A DNA stretch of 64,000 bases from Pyrinomonadaceae bacterium (lineage in GTDB: Bacteria; Acidobacteriota; Blastocatellia; Pyrinomonadales; Pyrinomonadaceae): the NCBI GenBank assembly GCA_046313635.1, contig JBKBYA010000001.1, positions 1 through 64,000 on the forward strand. The letters run 5' to 3'. Shown here piece after piece: positions 34,357-43,212 of the stretch. Every line of letters starts with the position of its first letter. Position 1 is the first letter of the stretch. The position numbers were made by a program, and so were the translations under genes. Below the pieces are notes generated by a model, which saw only the letters and a list, made by a program, of their open reading frames with translations, did not search any database and had not been told where the DNA came from.

Positions 34357-35403
34357 ATGGGAGTTTTAGTAACAGGCGGCGCCGGATACATCGGCAGCGT
34401 TGCGGTCGAGGACCTCGCCGGGCGCGGCGAGCAGGTCGTGGTGCTCGACAATCTGGTTTACGGTCATCGCGAGGCCGTGCCCGCGGACGTGCCCTTTTAC
34501 GAGGGCTCGATCGGCGACAAGGCCCTCATCGGCCGCATCATCGCCGAGCACGAGATCGACGCGTGCATGCACTTTTCGGCATACGCGTACGTCGGCGAAT
34601 CGGTCGAGCAGCCTGCAAAGTATTTTGCCAACAACTTTACCGAGACGCTCGCTCTGCTCGACGCTCTGCTCGCGGGCGGGGTCAAGCGGTTCATCTTTTC
34701 GTCGACCTGCGCGACCTACGGCGTGCCGCAGTACGTGCCGATCGACGAAAAGCATCCGCAGTGGCCGATCAATCCGTACGGCTGGTCAAAATTCATGGTC
34801 GAGCGGGCGCTCGAGTCTTACGATACGGCCTACGGTCTGAAGTACGTCGCTCTCCGATACTTCAACGCCGCAGGCGCGAGCGACCGCTGCGGCGAGGACC
34901 ACGAACCCGAGACGCATCTGATCCCGCTAGTGCTCAAGGCGGCTCTCGGCAAGATACCGCACGTCACGATCTTTGGCGACGATTACCCGACGCCTGACGG
35001 CACGGCCGTGCGCGACTACATTCACATCTCTGACCTCTCGAGCGCGCACCTGCTCGCGCTCGATCACCTGCGCGCGGACAAGCAGTCCGAATTCATCAAT
35101 CTCGGCAACGGCAGCGGCTACTCGGTCAAGGAAGTGATCGACACGGCCCGCCGCGTGACCGGCCGCGAGATCGTCGCGAATGTCGGTCCGCGTCGTGCGG
35201 GCGACCCGCCGCAGCTCGTCGGCGACTCGCGCAAGGCGCGTGAGGTGCTCGGCTGGGACCCGCAGTTCGCCGCGCTCGAGACGATCATCGAGAGCGCCTG
35301 GCGATGGCATCAGCAGCATCCCGAGGGCTACGACGCGCACGCAAACTCTTCGGCCCCTGCATCGGGGCTGCTCTCCGACGTCCTCAGAACGCACTCGAGG
35401 TGA
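34357..35403 (+). CDS. galE: UDP-glucose 4-epimerase
   Basis: [43 protein letters not shown]. Confidence 0.95.
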   Translation: MGVLVTGGAGYIGSVAVEDLAGRGEQVVVLDNLVYGHREAVPADVPFYEGSIGDKALIGRIIAEHEIDACMHFSAYAYVGESVEQPAKYFANNFTETLALLDALLAGGVKRFIFSSTCATYGVPQYVPIDEKHPQWPINPYGWSKFMVERALESYDTAYGLKYVALRYFNAAGASDRCGEDHEPETHLIPLVLKAALGKIPHVTIFGDDYPTPDGTAVRDYIHISDLSSAHLLALDHLRADKQSEFINLGNGSGYSVKEVIDTARRVTGREIVANVGPRRAGDPPQLVGDSRKAREVLGWDPQFAALETIIESAWRWHQQHPEGYDAHANSSAPASGLLSDVLRTHSR

Positions 35404-35415
35404 TCGGTTTATCGA

Positions 35416-36687
35416 ATGACCAGCTCAGTCCACACGAACATTTCAAAAAGCCGCATCTCGCGCAAGGCCGCGTCGTTTACCGAGTCGGTCATCCGCGAGA
35501 TGACGCGCGAGGCGATGAAGTACGGCGCGGTGAATCTCGGCCAGGGCTTCCCCGACTGGGCCGCGCCTGAGGACATCAAGCAAAAGGCGATGGAGGCGAT
35601 CGCGGCCGATCACAACCAGTACGCGATCACGTGGGGCGTAAAGCCGTTTCGCGACGCCATTGCCGAAAAGACAAAATGGTTTCTCGGTCTCGATATCGAC
35701 CCCGAGACCGAGATCACGGTCACGTGCGGCTCGACCGAAGGGATGATCGCCGCGATGATGGCGACGGTCGACGCGGGCGAGGAGGTCATCGTCTTTGAGC
35801 CCTTCTATGAGAACTACGCGCCCGACGCGATCCTGTCGGACGCGACGCCGCGGCACGTGCCGCTGTACAACCGCGGCGGCCGATTCGAATTCGATCGCGA
35901 CGAGCTGCGTGCTGCATTTAACGAGCGGACAAAGGCGATCATCATCTGCAATCCGAACAATCCGACCGGAAAGGTCTTCGCTCGCGAGGAGCTCGATTTC
36001 ATCGCCGGTCTCTGCCAGGAGTTTGACGTGCTCTGCTTCACCGACGAGATATACGAGCACATCATTTACGGCGAAGTTCCGGGTTCAGAGTTCCGAGTTC
36101 AGAGTCAAACTCTCGACTCATCTCCGACCACTGACCACCGGCCACTGACCACTGTTCCCCACATCTCGATGGCCCAACTCTCGGGAATGCGGGAACGCAC
36201 GGTCGTCGTCAACTCGATGTCAAAGACGTACTCGGTCACGGGCTGGCGCGTCGGCTGGGTGATCGCTCCGCCGGATATCACGCGAGCGATCCGCAAGGTG
36301 CACGACTTTTTAACGGTCGGCGCCGCCAACGCGCTCCAGCACGCCGGTGCTTATGCTCTGAGTCTGCCGCGAGATTATTACGACGGGCTCCGCGGGCTGT
36401 ATCAGGCAAAGCGCGACTTTATCGTGCCGGTACTGCAGAATGCCGGATTCAAGTGCGAGTATCCCGAAGGCGCGTACTACGTGATGACGGACGTCTCTGA
36501 CTTTGGATTTGCCAACGACGTCGAATTCACGATGAATCTGATCCGCGAGATCGGCGTCGCGGTCGTGCCTTGCTCGTCGTTTTACAGCGATCCGACGCTG
36601 GGCTCGCAGATGGTGCGGTTCTGCTTCTGCAAAAAGGACGAGACGCTCGAGGCCGCGGCCGAGCGGCTTGCAAAGCTCGCCCGCTGA
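35416..36687 (+). CDS. PLP-dependent aminotransferase class I/II (YbdL-like)
   Basis: NLGQGFPD, NPNNPTG, DEIYEH, SKTYSVTGWRVG. Confidence 0.92.
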   Translation: MTSSVHTNISKSRISRKAASFTESVIREMTREAMKYGAVNLGQGFPDWAAPEDIKQKAMEAIAADHNQYAITWGVKPFRDAIAEKTKWFLGLDIDPETEITVTCGSTEGMIAAMMATVDAGEEVIVFEPFYENYAPDAILSDATPRHVPLYNRGGRFEFDRDELRAAFNERTKAIIICNPNNPTGKVFAREELDFIAGLCQEFDVLCFTDEIYEHIIYGEVPGSEFRVQSQTLDSSPTTDHRPLTTVPHISMAQLSGMRERTVVVNSMSKTYSVTGWRVGWVIAPPDITRAIRKVHDFLTVGAANALQHAGAYALSLPRDYYDGLRGLYQAKRDFIVPVLQNAGFKCEYPEGAYYVMTDVSDFGFANDVEFTMNLIREIGVAVVPCSSFYSDPTLGSQMVRFCFCKKDETLEAAAERLAKLAR

Positions 36688-36783
36688 GGCAACCTCGGCT
36701 TTCTCGAGGCGCAACAAAATACTGTCCGGAGCGTATCTGCTCCGCGAGCAATAATTCAACAGATCTATTTGAATGGAGGTCAT

Positions 36784-37749
36784 ATGATCCGTAAATCGAT
36801 AGCTCTCATTCTCTTGGGCGTCGCTGCCGGTCTGACGGCCGCCCACGCGCAGAATGCGCCGAAGCCGCCCGAGCGGCCCTCGGCCCCGCAGGCCTTTGCA
36901 TGGACGACCGGCATCGAGTCGTCGGGTTATCTCGGCGTGCAGACCGAGGATGTCAGCCGCGAGAATTTTGCGAAGTTCGGCCTTAAAGAAGTGCGCGGTG
37001 TCGCCATCGAAAAGGTGATGGACAATTCGCCCGCCGCCGCGGCCGGCATACAGGCGGGCGACGTCATCGTCCGCTTTAACGGCGAAGAGATCACGAGCGT
37101 GCGCAAGCTGACGCGGCTGATCAGCGAGGTCGCGCCCGATCACCGCGCAAAGGTGACCGTCATTCGCGGCGGCAGCGAGCGCGATATCGAGGTCACGATC
37201 GGCAAGCGGCCGGCGCCGGAGTTTGCGGGCGCCGTTGGCGGCGCGCCGTTTGGCCGCTTTGAGCTGCCCGAGATGGGTCGTCTGCCGATGCCGCCCGCGG
37301 CACCGGAGGGCGAGTGGCGAGAGTTCGAGTTTCCGGGCGGTCGGGGCCGCGCATTCACGATGGTCCGCGGCGGCCGCCAGATCGGCGTCGTCGTCACGGG
37401 GCTGACAAAGCAGCTCGCCGAGCACTTTAAGGTCGACGGCGGCGTGATGGTGACCGAGGTCCGCGAAAACACTCCGGCGGCGAAGGCCGGATTGAAGGCC
37501 GGCGACATCATCGTCGAGGCCGACGGCAAGCCGGTCAAGGACGATATGGACGTCATTCGCGCGATCAACGGCAAAAAGGACGGCGAGGCGGTGCAGATAA
37601 CATTTGTCCGGGCCGGCAAGCGTGAGACTGTGTCGGTCGTGCCTGAAGCGGCGAAGGACGGCGGATTCAACTTCAGGATGGGCGACAGGGCGCCGATGTC
37701 TTTCGTGATGCCGCGCCCATTCGTTTTGGATCGACGCTCGTCGATCTAA
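36784..37749 (+). CDS. Secreted tandem-PDZ protein
   Basis: Signal peptide; GYLGV, SPAAAAGIQAGDVI and TPAAKAGLKAGDII; no protease domain visible. Confidence 0.82.
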   Translation: MIRKSIALILLGVAAGLTAAHAQNAPKPPERPSAPQAFAWTTGIESSGYLGVQTEDVSRENFAKFGLKEVRGVAIEKVMDNSPAAAAGIQAGDVIVRFNGEEITSVRKLTRLISEVAPDHRAKVTVIRGGSERDIEVTIGKRPAPEFAGAVGGAPFGRFELPEMGRLPMPPAAPEGEWREFEFPGGRGRAFTMVRGGRQIGVVVTGLTKQLAEHFKVDGGVMVTEVRENTPAAKAGLKAGDIIVEADGKPVKDDMDVIRAINGKKDGEAVQITFVRAGKRETVSVVPEAAKDGGFNFRMGDRAPMSFVMPRPFVLDRRSSI

Positions 37750-37776
37750 CGCTAAACAAAAACAACGATGGTTCGG

Positions 37777-37804
37777 CGGCGGGCTACTGCCCGCCGTTCT
37801 TTTT
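37777..37804 (+). terminator. Intrinsic terminator
   Basis: cggcgggc/gcccgccg stem plus T-run. Confidence 0.65.
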
Positions 37805-38916
37805 CAGATCAGCCGAAGATCCGGATTGTTCTTACGCCGCCAGATGAATCCGTCGAGCACGTAATGCGTGAGCTGCGGCACCGCGAGCAGCGGGACGACG
37901 TACATCCGCGCCGATCCCCAATCCCAGTCCGGCCCAAAGAGCCATTGCCGCTCGTGCCACACGCCGCGGTGCCAAAAGAGTTCTTCGAGATAGGCAAGCG
38001 CCCAGAGCGTCGCGACAAAGATCATCCAGTTGTGCGACAGCGTGCGATACACCCTGCCCGAGGTCTCGCGGCGAAACTTCGCATAGACCCAGACCAGCGC
38101 AAAGTAAGGCACGCCGTGGATGATCACGTTCGTAACGGTGAAGGCGTAATCGGAATTGAAAACCACGATCCCGACGTACCAGCAAACGACGGTCGTCGCG
38201 ACGACGATGTCCTTGCCGGGATTCAAGAATCTCCGCGTCGCGTAAAGGTAGATCGACTTTGCAAAGTATGCGACGAGAGCGCAAACGTAGATCGGCCAGA
38301 GCACTCGCTCGACGATCGACGGCAGCGGGACAAGATCGTTCTGCACAAACCACTCAAAGCCGCGCGGCAGATTGGTCATCCAGAAAGCGAGCGGATAAAC
38401 GCTCGCGAGATAGATCGCGGCCGCGTCGATCCACCACGTCCAGCGCTCGATCTCGCCAAGCTTGCGGCGGTATAGATTGACCCAGCCGTACTGCTGCCGC
38501 ACAAAGTGAAACACCGCGACGGCCGCCAGCACGCGCCAGAATGTCAGTGCACTCTCCGAATAGAGCGCGACGCCGACCGCGTAACCCGACACGGGCACAA
38601 GCGAGTACAGCCAGATGCGCCGCCTGAATTCTTCGACGTCGAAATAAACTCTGAAGCTGGTCGACCAAACGTGCGCGACATCGATCAGCAAGACCGCGGT
38701 GACCCACGTCCAGTCCGGCGACTCGTCATGCAAGATCCCGAGCTGCCACCCGAGCGCGAGCAGCAGCAGAGATGCGATCGCGCTGCCGAGGAAGACGGAA
38801 AGATCGAGAGCACGAGAGAAGAGCCAGACCGATTCACCGCCAAGACGCGGAGACGGTGATTTCGCCGCATGAGCGGTCGAATATCCACGTTCGATCTGCG
38901 CGACTCCCTGCATCAT
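37804..38916 (-). CDS. Hypothetical multi-pass membrane protein with His motifs (start uncertain)
   Basis: Many TM segments; AHVW, FHFVRQ, IHGVPY, THYVLDGFIW; last gene of polyamine operon. Confidence 0.7.
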   Translation of the reverse strand: MMQGVAQIERGYSTAHAAKSPSPRLGGESVWLFSRALDLSVFLGSAIASLLLLALGWQLGILHDESPDWTWVTAVLLIDVAHVWSTSFRVYFDVEEFRRRIWLYSLVPVSGYAVGVALYSESALTFWRVLAAVAVFHFVRQQYGWVNLYRRKLGEIERWTWWIDAAAIYLASVYPLAFWMTNLPRGFEWFVQNDLVPLPSIVERVLWPIYVCALVAYFAKSIYLYATRRFLNPGKDIVVATTVVCWYVGIVVFNSDYAFTVTNVIIHGVPYFALVWVYAKFRRETSGRVYRTLSHNWMIFVATLWALAYLEELFWHRGVWHERQWLFGPDWDWGSARMYVVPLLAVPQLTHYVLDGFIWRRKNNPDLRLI

Positions 38917-38921
38917 CCTTC

Positions 38922-40538
38922 TCAGCGTCTCTGCGTCTCGGCGGTAAATGTCTCCCTCGCCGCGCGCAGGCCATGGTAAAAAGCTTCTTCAAATAAAGCG
39001 AGACCGCTCAGGTCTGAATGCGCAAAGTGAATATTGCGGTACGGCTTCATCGCTTTTTCGCGCTCGCCGCTCCAGATGAAATTCGTTCGCGGGCTGATCA
39101 TCGCGTGGCCCCAGCGCATCACGTCGAGGCGTGTCGTGAGATCGTAAATATCCGGATGCGCGCGGGCAAGATCGGTCAGGCAGACGTCGGCGAGTTCGCG
39201 CCACGAAAAGTTAAAGAGCGTCGTGCGCGCATTCGCGTCGTCGCACATCGGGTAATAGTAGGTCAGGATCGTCGGCCCGTGATCGATGCCCTTCTGATGC
39301 GTCGCTGCGACGTAGCCGAGGCTCGGGCTCTCGTAAAGCACGTTGTCCCACGCGAGCGGAAAGTCGCGCGCAAAGCGATGCTTTGGCCGATCGCGCAAGA
39401 ACAGATTCGCGACAAACCATGCGTTGTGATGAAACTCGCCGGCCGCAAACGGCGCGTCTTCGCGAAAGCCGCGAATGACAAACGGCGCCGTGAATATCGG
39501 CGACGCGTAGATAACCCGCTCGCACCGAAAGCCGCGAAGCTGCCGTTCGCCGTCGAGACAGATCACGTCGACACTTTTTGCATTCGGCACAACAGACACG
39601 ACGGCGTGCGAGCCGCGTATGTGCTCCTTTGCCGAGTCGGCGAGATGCTGCACAAAGCGGCCGTTGCCTTCCGGAAAAGTGATGAACGCCTGCGATTCGT
39701 CACCGCTCCTTCGCACGCGCGAGCAGAAGTAAAACAGACCCGCCCACGCCGACGCCTGTTCGAGCCGCAGGCCGTAATCGTCGCGTGTCGCGTAGTCGCA
39801 GTACCAAAGCAGCCGCTCGGAAGTGAAGCCATTTTGCCGCAGCCATTCGGCGAACGAGATCTTATCGAGCGACGTAACTTCAGGGTCGGTCGAGCAATTT
39901 GCGACCGGCACGACGAAGGCTCTCTTTCCGCTCGCGTCGCGCCAATTTATCCATCGATCGAGATGCTTTTGAAACTCGCCGTACTGCCGTTTGTCTTCGT
40001 CGCTCGCGCCGGCGTTCAAATAGAGGCCTTCGTGCCAGCGGCCCTTGTAAAAAATGCGCTCCTCGGGCTCGCGGCAGAGGAATTGTTCCTTGATCAAAAC
40101 CTCGCCGCTCGCGCCGCGGCCGTCGATCAGACTCATCTCGTCGAGCAGCGAGATGAGCTCCGCGTTCTCGTGAAACGGAACAGGCAGATAATGCGCGCCC
40201 CAAGGATAGCCGACCGGCTCGCCCGCGCCGCTGCGCGCCGTGCCGCCCGTCTCTTTTTCGAGCTCGAGTAAGACGAAGTCCTCAAACCCCTCGCGCCGAA
40301 ACTTCCACGCTGCAGTCAGCCCCGCAACGCCGCCGCCGACGATCGCGACCTTTATATTCGTCCAATTGTCACTCGGCACCTCAAAGCTCCGCCCCTCGCG
40401 CAGCAGATGCCCCAGCTCGACATTCGCTCCGACGATCTCGCCCTCTGGAAAGACGCGCCATGAACCACTGCGACACGCCGCGAGAGCGAGCGGCGCACCG
40501 AGAAAAGCGGTCAGTAGATCTCTACGGCTTAAATGCAT
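38922..40538 (-). CDS. FAD-dependent amine-oxidase-like oxidoreductase, probable Tat lipoprotein
   Basis: SRRDLL twin-arginine plus LAAC lipobox; GGGVAGL Rossmann; WGAHY, RWGHAM, HSDLSG. Confidence 0.85.
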   Translation of the reverse strand: MHLSRRDLLTAFLGAPLALAACRSGSWRVFPEGEIVGANVELGHLLREGRSFEVPSDNWTNIKVAIVGGGVAGLTAAWKFRREGFEDFVLLELEKETGGTARSGAGEPVGYPWGAHYLPVPFHENAELISLLDEMSLIDGRGASGEVLIKEQFLCREPEERIFYKGRWHEGLYLNAGASDEDKRQYGEFQKHLDRWINWRDASGKRAFVVPVANCSTDPEVTSLDKISFAEWLRQNGFTSERLLWYCDYATRDDYGLRLEQASAWAGLFYFCSRVRRSGDESQAFITFPEGNGRFVQHLADSAKEHIRGSHAVVSVVPNAKSVDVICLDGERQLRGFRCERVIYASPIFTAPFVIRGFREDAPFAAGEFHHNAWFVANLFLRDRPKHRFARDFPLAWDNVLYESPSLGYVAATHQKGIDHGPTILTYYYPMCDDANARTTLFNFSWRELADVCLTDLARAHPDIYDLTTRLDVMRWGHAMISPRTNFIWSGEREKAMKPYRNIHFAHSDLSGLALFEEAFYHGLRAARETFTAETQRR

Positions 40539-40549
40539 CGCGGCGGAAT

Positions 40550-40963
40550 TCAAACAGGATGGACAGGATCGGCAGGATGTCTGCTCGGGTGCAGCCGGTA
40601 AAACTCCAATCGAGGATTACCGAAATTGACGAGCAGACCCACTTCGTGTCCGGTCGCATTCAGATAATTGATCACTTGGGCTTTGTGTTCGGCGAGTACT
40701 CGGGTTACGGCTTTCAGTTCGACGATCACTTTGTTTTCGACGAGCAGGTCCGCATAAAACTCACCTACGATCACGCCTCGGAATTTCACCTTCAGCGGGA
40801 CCTGCGCAGAAACGGAAAGGCCCGTCTGGGTGAGTGCGACGATCAGCGAACGCTCGTATACCGACTCGAGAAAACCGGAGCCAAGCTCAGAACTCACCTC
40901 AAAACACGCTCCGATTATCTTGTCGGTGATATCGGCATGCAGCATCTTGTCCATCCTGTCCAT
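40550..40963 (-). CDS. GxxExxY protein (PD-(D/E)XK nuclease-like)
   Basis: GSGFLESVYERSL, ADLLVE...VELKAV, AQVINYL, GLLVNFG. Confidence 0.92.
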   Translation of the reverse strand: MDRMDKMLHADITDKIIGACFEVSSELGSGFLESVYERSLIVALTQTGLSVSAQVPLKVKFRGVIVGEFYADLLVENKVIVELKAVTRVLAEHKAQVINYLNATGHEVGLLVNFGNPRLEFYRLHPSRHPADPVHPV

Positions 40964-40972
40964 CCTGTTTGA
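40550..40972. mobile_element. Putative cassette: GxxExxY gene bounded by perfect 20-bp inverted repeats
   Basis: tcaaacaggatggacaggat (40550-40569) is the exact reverse complement of atcctgtccatcctgtttga (40953-40972). Confidence 0.55.
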
Positions 40973-40984
40973 GTCGACGTCAGT

Positions 40985-42508
40985 CTACTGCTCAAACCGC
41001 CGCCATTCTGCTTCGTAGTACCGCACCAGAGCCTGGTTGTCGAGACGGTTGATCTCGATCTCGTCTGCGGGCCGCGAGGTGTCGTTGGTAAATCCGAACA
41101 TCGAGGCGAACGAGTTGTCGTTGAGGAATTTGAGTTCGATGCCTGTCGGTGGTTTGGTCGGCGGCTCAAACGGCTCGAGCTTGGCGAGCGAGTAGCCCCA
41201 GATGCCGAAGGACGGGACGGCCGTTTGATACGGTCGGACAAAATAGCCTGACGCCTCGAGCGTCTTGACGACGCACCAGAACGATCGCCGCGCGACGAGC
41301 GGTGACGTCGTCTGGATCGCAACGGCCGAACCGGGCTTGAGCTTTTGCTTGAGCAGATTGTAAAAGCGCGTCGTATAGAGCTTGCCGAGGGCGAAATTGT
41401 TCGGGTCGGGAAAGTCGACGATCGCGATGTCGAATGGCTCCGACGCGGTCTGGTCGAGCCAGACAAACGCATCTGCATTCACGACGTGGACGCGCGGGTC
41501 GTCGAGCGAATGGCGGTTAAGCTCGCCGAGTGCGGGGACGTGCTTTGCGATACTCGTCATTTCGGGGTCGAGATCGACAAGCTGAACGAATTCGACCGAC
41601 GGGTACTTGAGTATCTCGCGCACCGCGAGGCCGTCGCCGCCGCCGAGCACGAGCACGCGTCTTGGCGAGCCGTCGAAAGCTGAAAACGCGGGATGAACGA
41701 GTGCCTCGTGATAGCGATACTCGTCAAACGAGTTGAACTGCAGATTGCCGTTGAGAAAGAGCGCGTAGCCTGTCTTGCCCTTGGTGACAACGATGCGCTG
41801 GTAGGACGAGCTCTTTGCGTAAATGATGTCGTCCATAAAGAGCGCGTCCTCGGCGAGCGTGGTCAGTTTGTCAGCTTTGATGAAAGCGATCGCGAGCAGG
41901 ACGAGGACGACCGCGCCCTGGACGCGCATTATCGTCACGTTGCGCTTGAGCAGCGGCAGCAGGAGCCACGTTCCCCACAGCGCGACGGCGGCGTTGAGCA
42001 TCCCGAAAAGAAGTGAAGTGCGGTTGAGTCCGAGACGCGGGACGAGAAACAGCGGAAACAGCAGCGACGCGGCGAGCGCGCCGATGTAGTCAAAGGCGAG
42101 CACGCGCGAGACGAGATCTTTGAAGTCGAGCTCGTCCTTTAGTATCCGCATCAGCAGCGGTATCTCGAGACCGACGAGCGTGCCGATGATAAAGACGACG
42201 CCGTACAGCACAACGGCGAAGTACGACAGATTTGCGAAAGAGAGAAATAGCAGCGGCGCCGAGAATCCGCCGATCACCGCGACCGCAAGCTCGACGTCGA
42301 TGAACTTGTCGGCGACATGCTTCTCAATGAATCGCGAAGCCCAAGAACCGACGCCCATCGCAAAAAGATAGATGCCGATGATCAGTGAGAATTGCGTGAC
42401 CGAATCGCCGAGCACGTAGCTCGACAGCGTGCCCGCAAGCAGCTCGTAGATAAGCCCGCAGGTCGCGATGACAAAGACGTTGAGGAATAGGAGCGGAGCA
42501 CGCTTCAT
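40985..42508 (-). CDS. speE: Membrane-anchored polyamine aminopropyltransferase (spermidine synthase-like)
   Basis: N-terminal TM domain; YHEALVHP, VLGGGDG, VDLDP, DFPDP. Confidence 0.92.
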   Translation of the reverse strand: MKRAPLLFLNVFVIATCGLIYELLAGTLSSYVLGDSVTQFSLIIGIYLFAMGVGSWASRFIEKHVADKFIDVELAVAVIGGFSAPLLFLSFANLSYFAVVLYGVVFIIGTLVGLEIPLLMRILKDELDFKDLVSRVLAFDYIGALAASLLFPLFLVPRLGLNRTSLLFGMLNAAVALWGTWLLLPLLKRNVTIMRVQGAVVLVLLAIAFIKADKLTTLAEDALFMDDIIYAKSSSYQRIVVTKGKTGYALFLNGNLQFNSFDEYRYHEALVHPAFSAFDGSPRRVLVLGGGDGLAVREILKYPSVEFVQLVDLDPEMTSIAKHVPALGELNRHSLDDPRVHVVNADAFVWLDQTASEPFDIAIVDFPDPNNFALGKLYTTRFYNLLKQKLKPGSAVAIQTTSPLVARRSFWCVVKTLEASGYFVRPYQTAVPSFGIWGYSLAKLEPFEPPTKPPTGIELKFLNDNSFASMFGFTNDTSRPADEIEINRLDNQALVRYYEAEWRRFEQ

Positions 42509-42526
42509 TGGAACGGACGACGTTTG

Positions 42527-42612
42527 GAGTATGAACTATGAGGTGGGAACTGTGAGTGATGAAGCACGAAATGTTTCATCACTCATCACTCACAGTTCAC
42601 ACCTCACCACTC
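42527..42612. repeat. Heptamer-period inverted-repeat element
   Basis: tgaggtgggaactgtgagtgatga pairs with tcatcactcacagttcacacctca. Confidence 0.75.
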
Positions 42613-42615
42613 AGC

Positions 42616-42882
42616 TCATCCGTTGATCGCGGCGGCGATGATGATCGAGATACCGATGATCAGTGCGCCGATGATGATCGCGAAGGCTTGATTATGGTCT
42701 TCTTCGATCTCCTTTTTTACCGAGAAAGGGGTCACGAGCACGACGATCAGAAAGGCGACGGCAAAGACGATGAGACCGATCACGACAAAAACGATCGTCG
42801 TCACCATCACCGGCAAGATCTCTTCAAGTTTGACGACGAGGCCGAGCAGCGGCGCGATAGCAGCAGCGAGATTGAGCATCAT
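42616..42882 (-). CDS. DUF350 family small membrane protein
   Basis: Two TM helices around TPFSVKKEIEEDHNQA; GGAGG RBS before ATG 42882. Confidence 0.85.
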   Translation of the reverse strand: MMLNLAAAIAPLLGLVVKLEEILPVMVTTIVFVVIGLIVFAVAFLIVVLVTPFSVKKEIEEDHNQAFAIIIGALIIGISIIIAAAING

Positions 42883-43028
42883 TTTCCTCCGCGAAAACCT
42901 GTGTAGATAAAGGGCACCCCGAGCCGCGAGCGGCTGCCCGAGTTTGCCAGTTCCCAGCCAAACCACGACGCCGTCGCATAGAAGACGAGAACGCCGATGG
43001 CGAAGATCATGTAGAGGGCTTTGAGCAT
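42879..43028 (-). CDS. 49-aa single-TM small protein (not in ORF track)
   Basis: MLKALYMIFAIGVLVFYATASWFGWELANSGSRSRLGVPFIYTGFRGGK*; stop overlaps DUF350 start (ATGA). Confidence 0.7.
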   Translation of the reverse strand: MLKALYMIFAIGVLVFYATASWFGWELANSGSRSRLGVPFIYTGFRGGK

Positions 43029-43043
43029 ATGGGTCGTGGTGAT

Positions 43044-43209
43044 TGGTCTTTGGTCTTTGGTCTTTTGTTTTTGGTTCTTTGTTTTTGGTTTTTGGTTTTT
43101 GGTTTTTGGTCCCGGTCACTAGCGGCGGGCTAGCATGACAGCAGCCGATAAAGACAAAGAACTAAAAACAAAAAAACCAAAAACTAAAGACCAAAAACAA
43201 AAAACCGAA
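43044..43209. repeat. AT-rich heptamer tandem arrays in inverted orientation around a short GC-rich core
   Basis: (TTTGGTY)n-like left arm, (AAAAACC/AAAGACC)n-like right arm. Confidence 0.85.
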
Positions 43210-43212
43210 TCC

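Noticed and set aside
42883..43119. N-terminal extension of the 167-aa ORF (KNQKPKTK...)
   Set aside because: Translation of the heptamer array; the DUF350 start with RBS is at 42882 and a better small ORF occupies another frame
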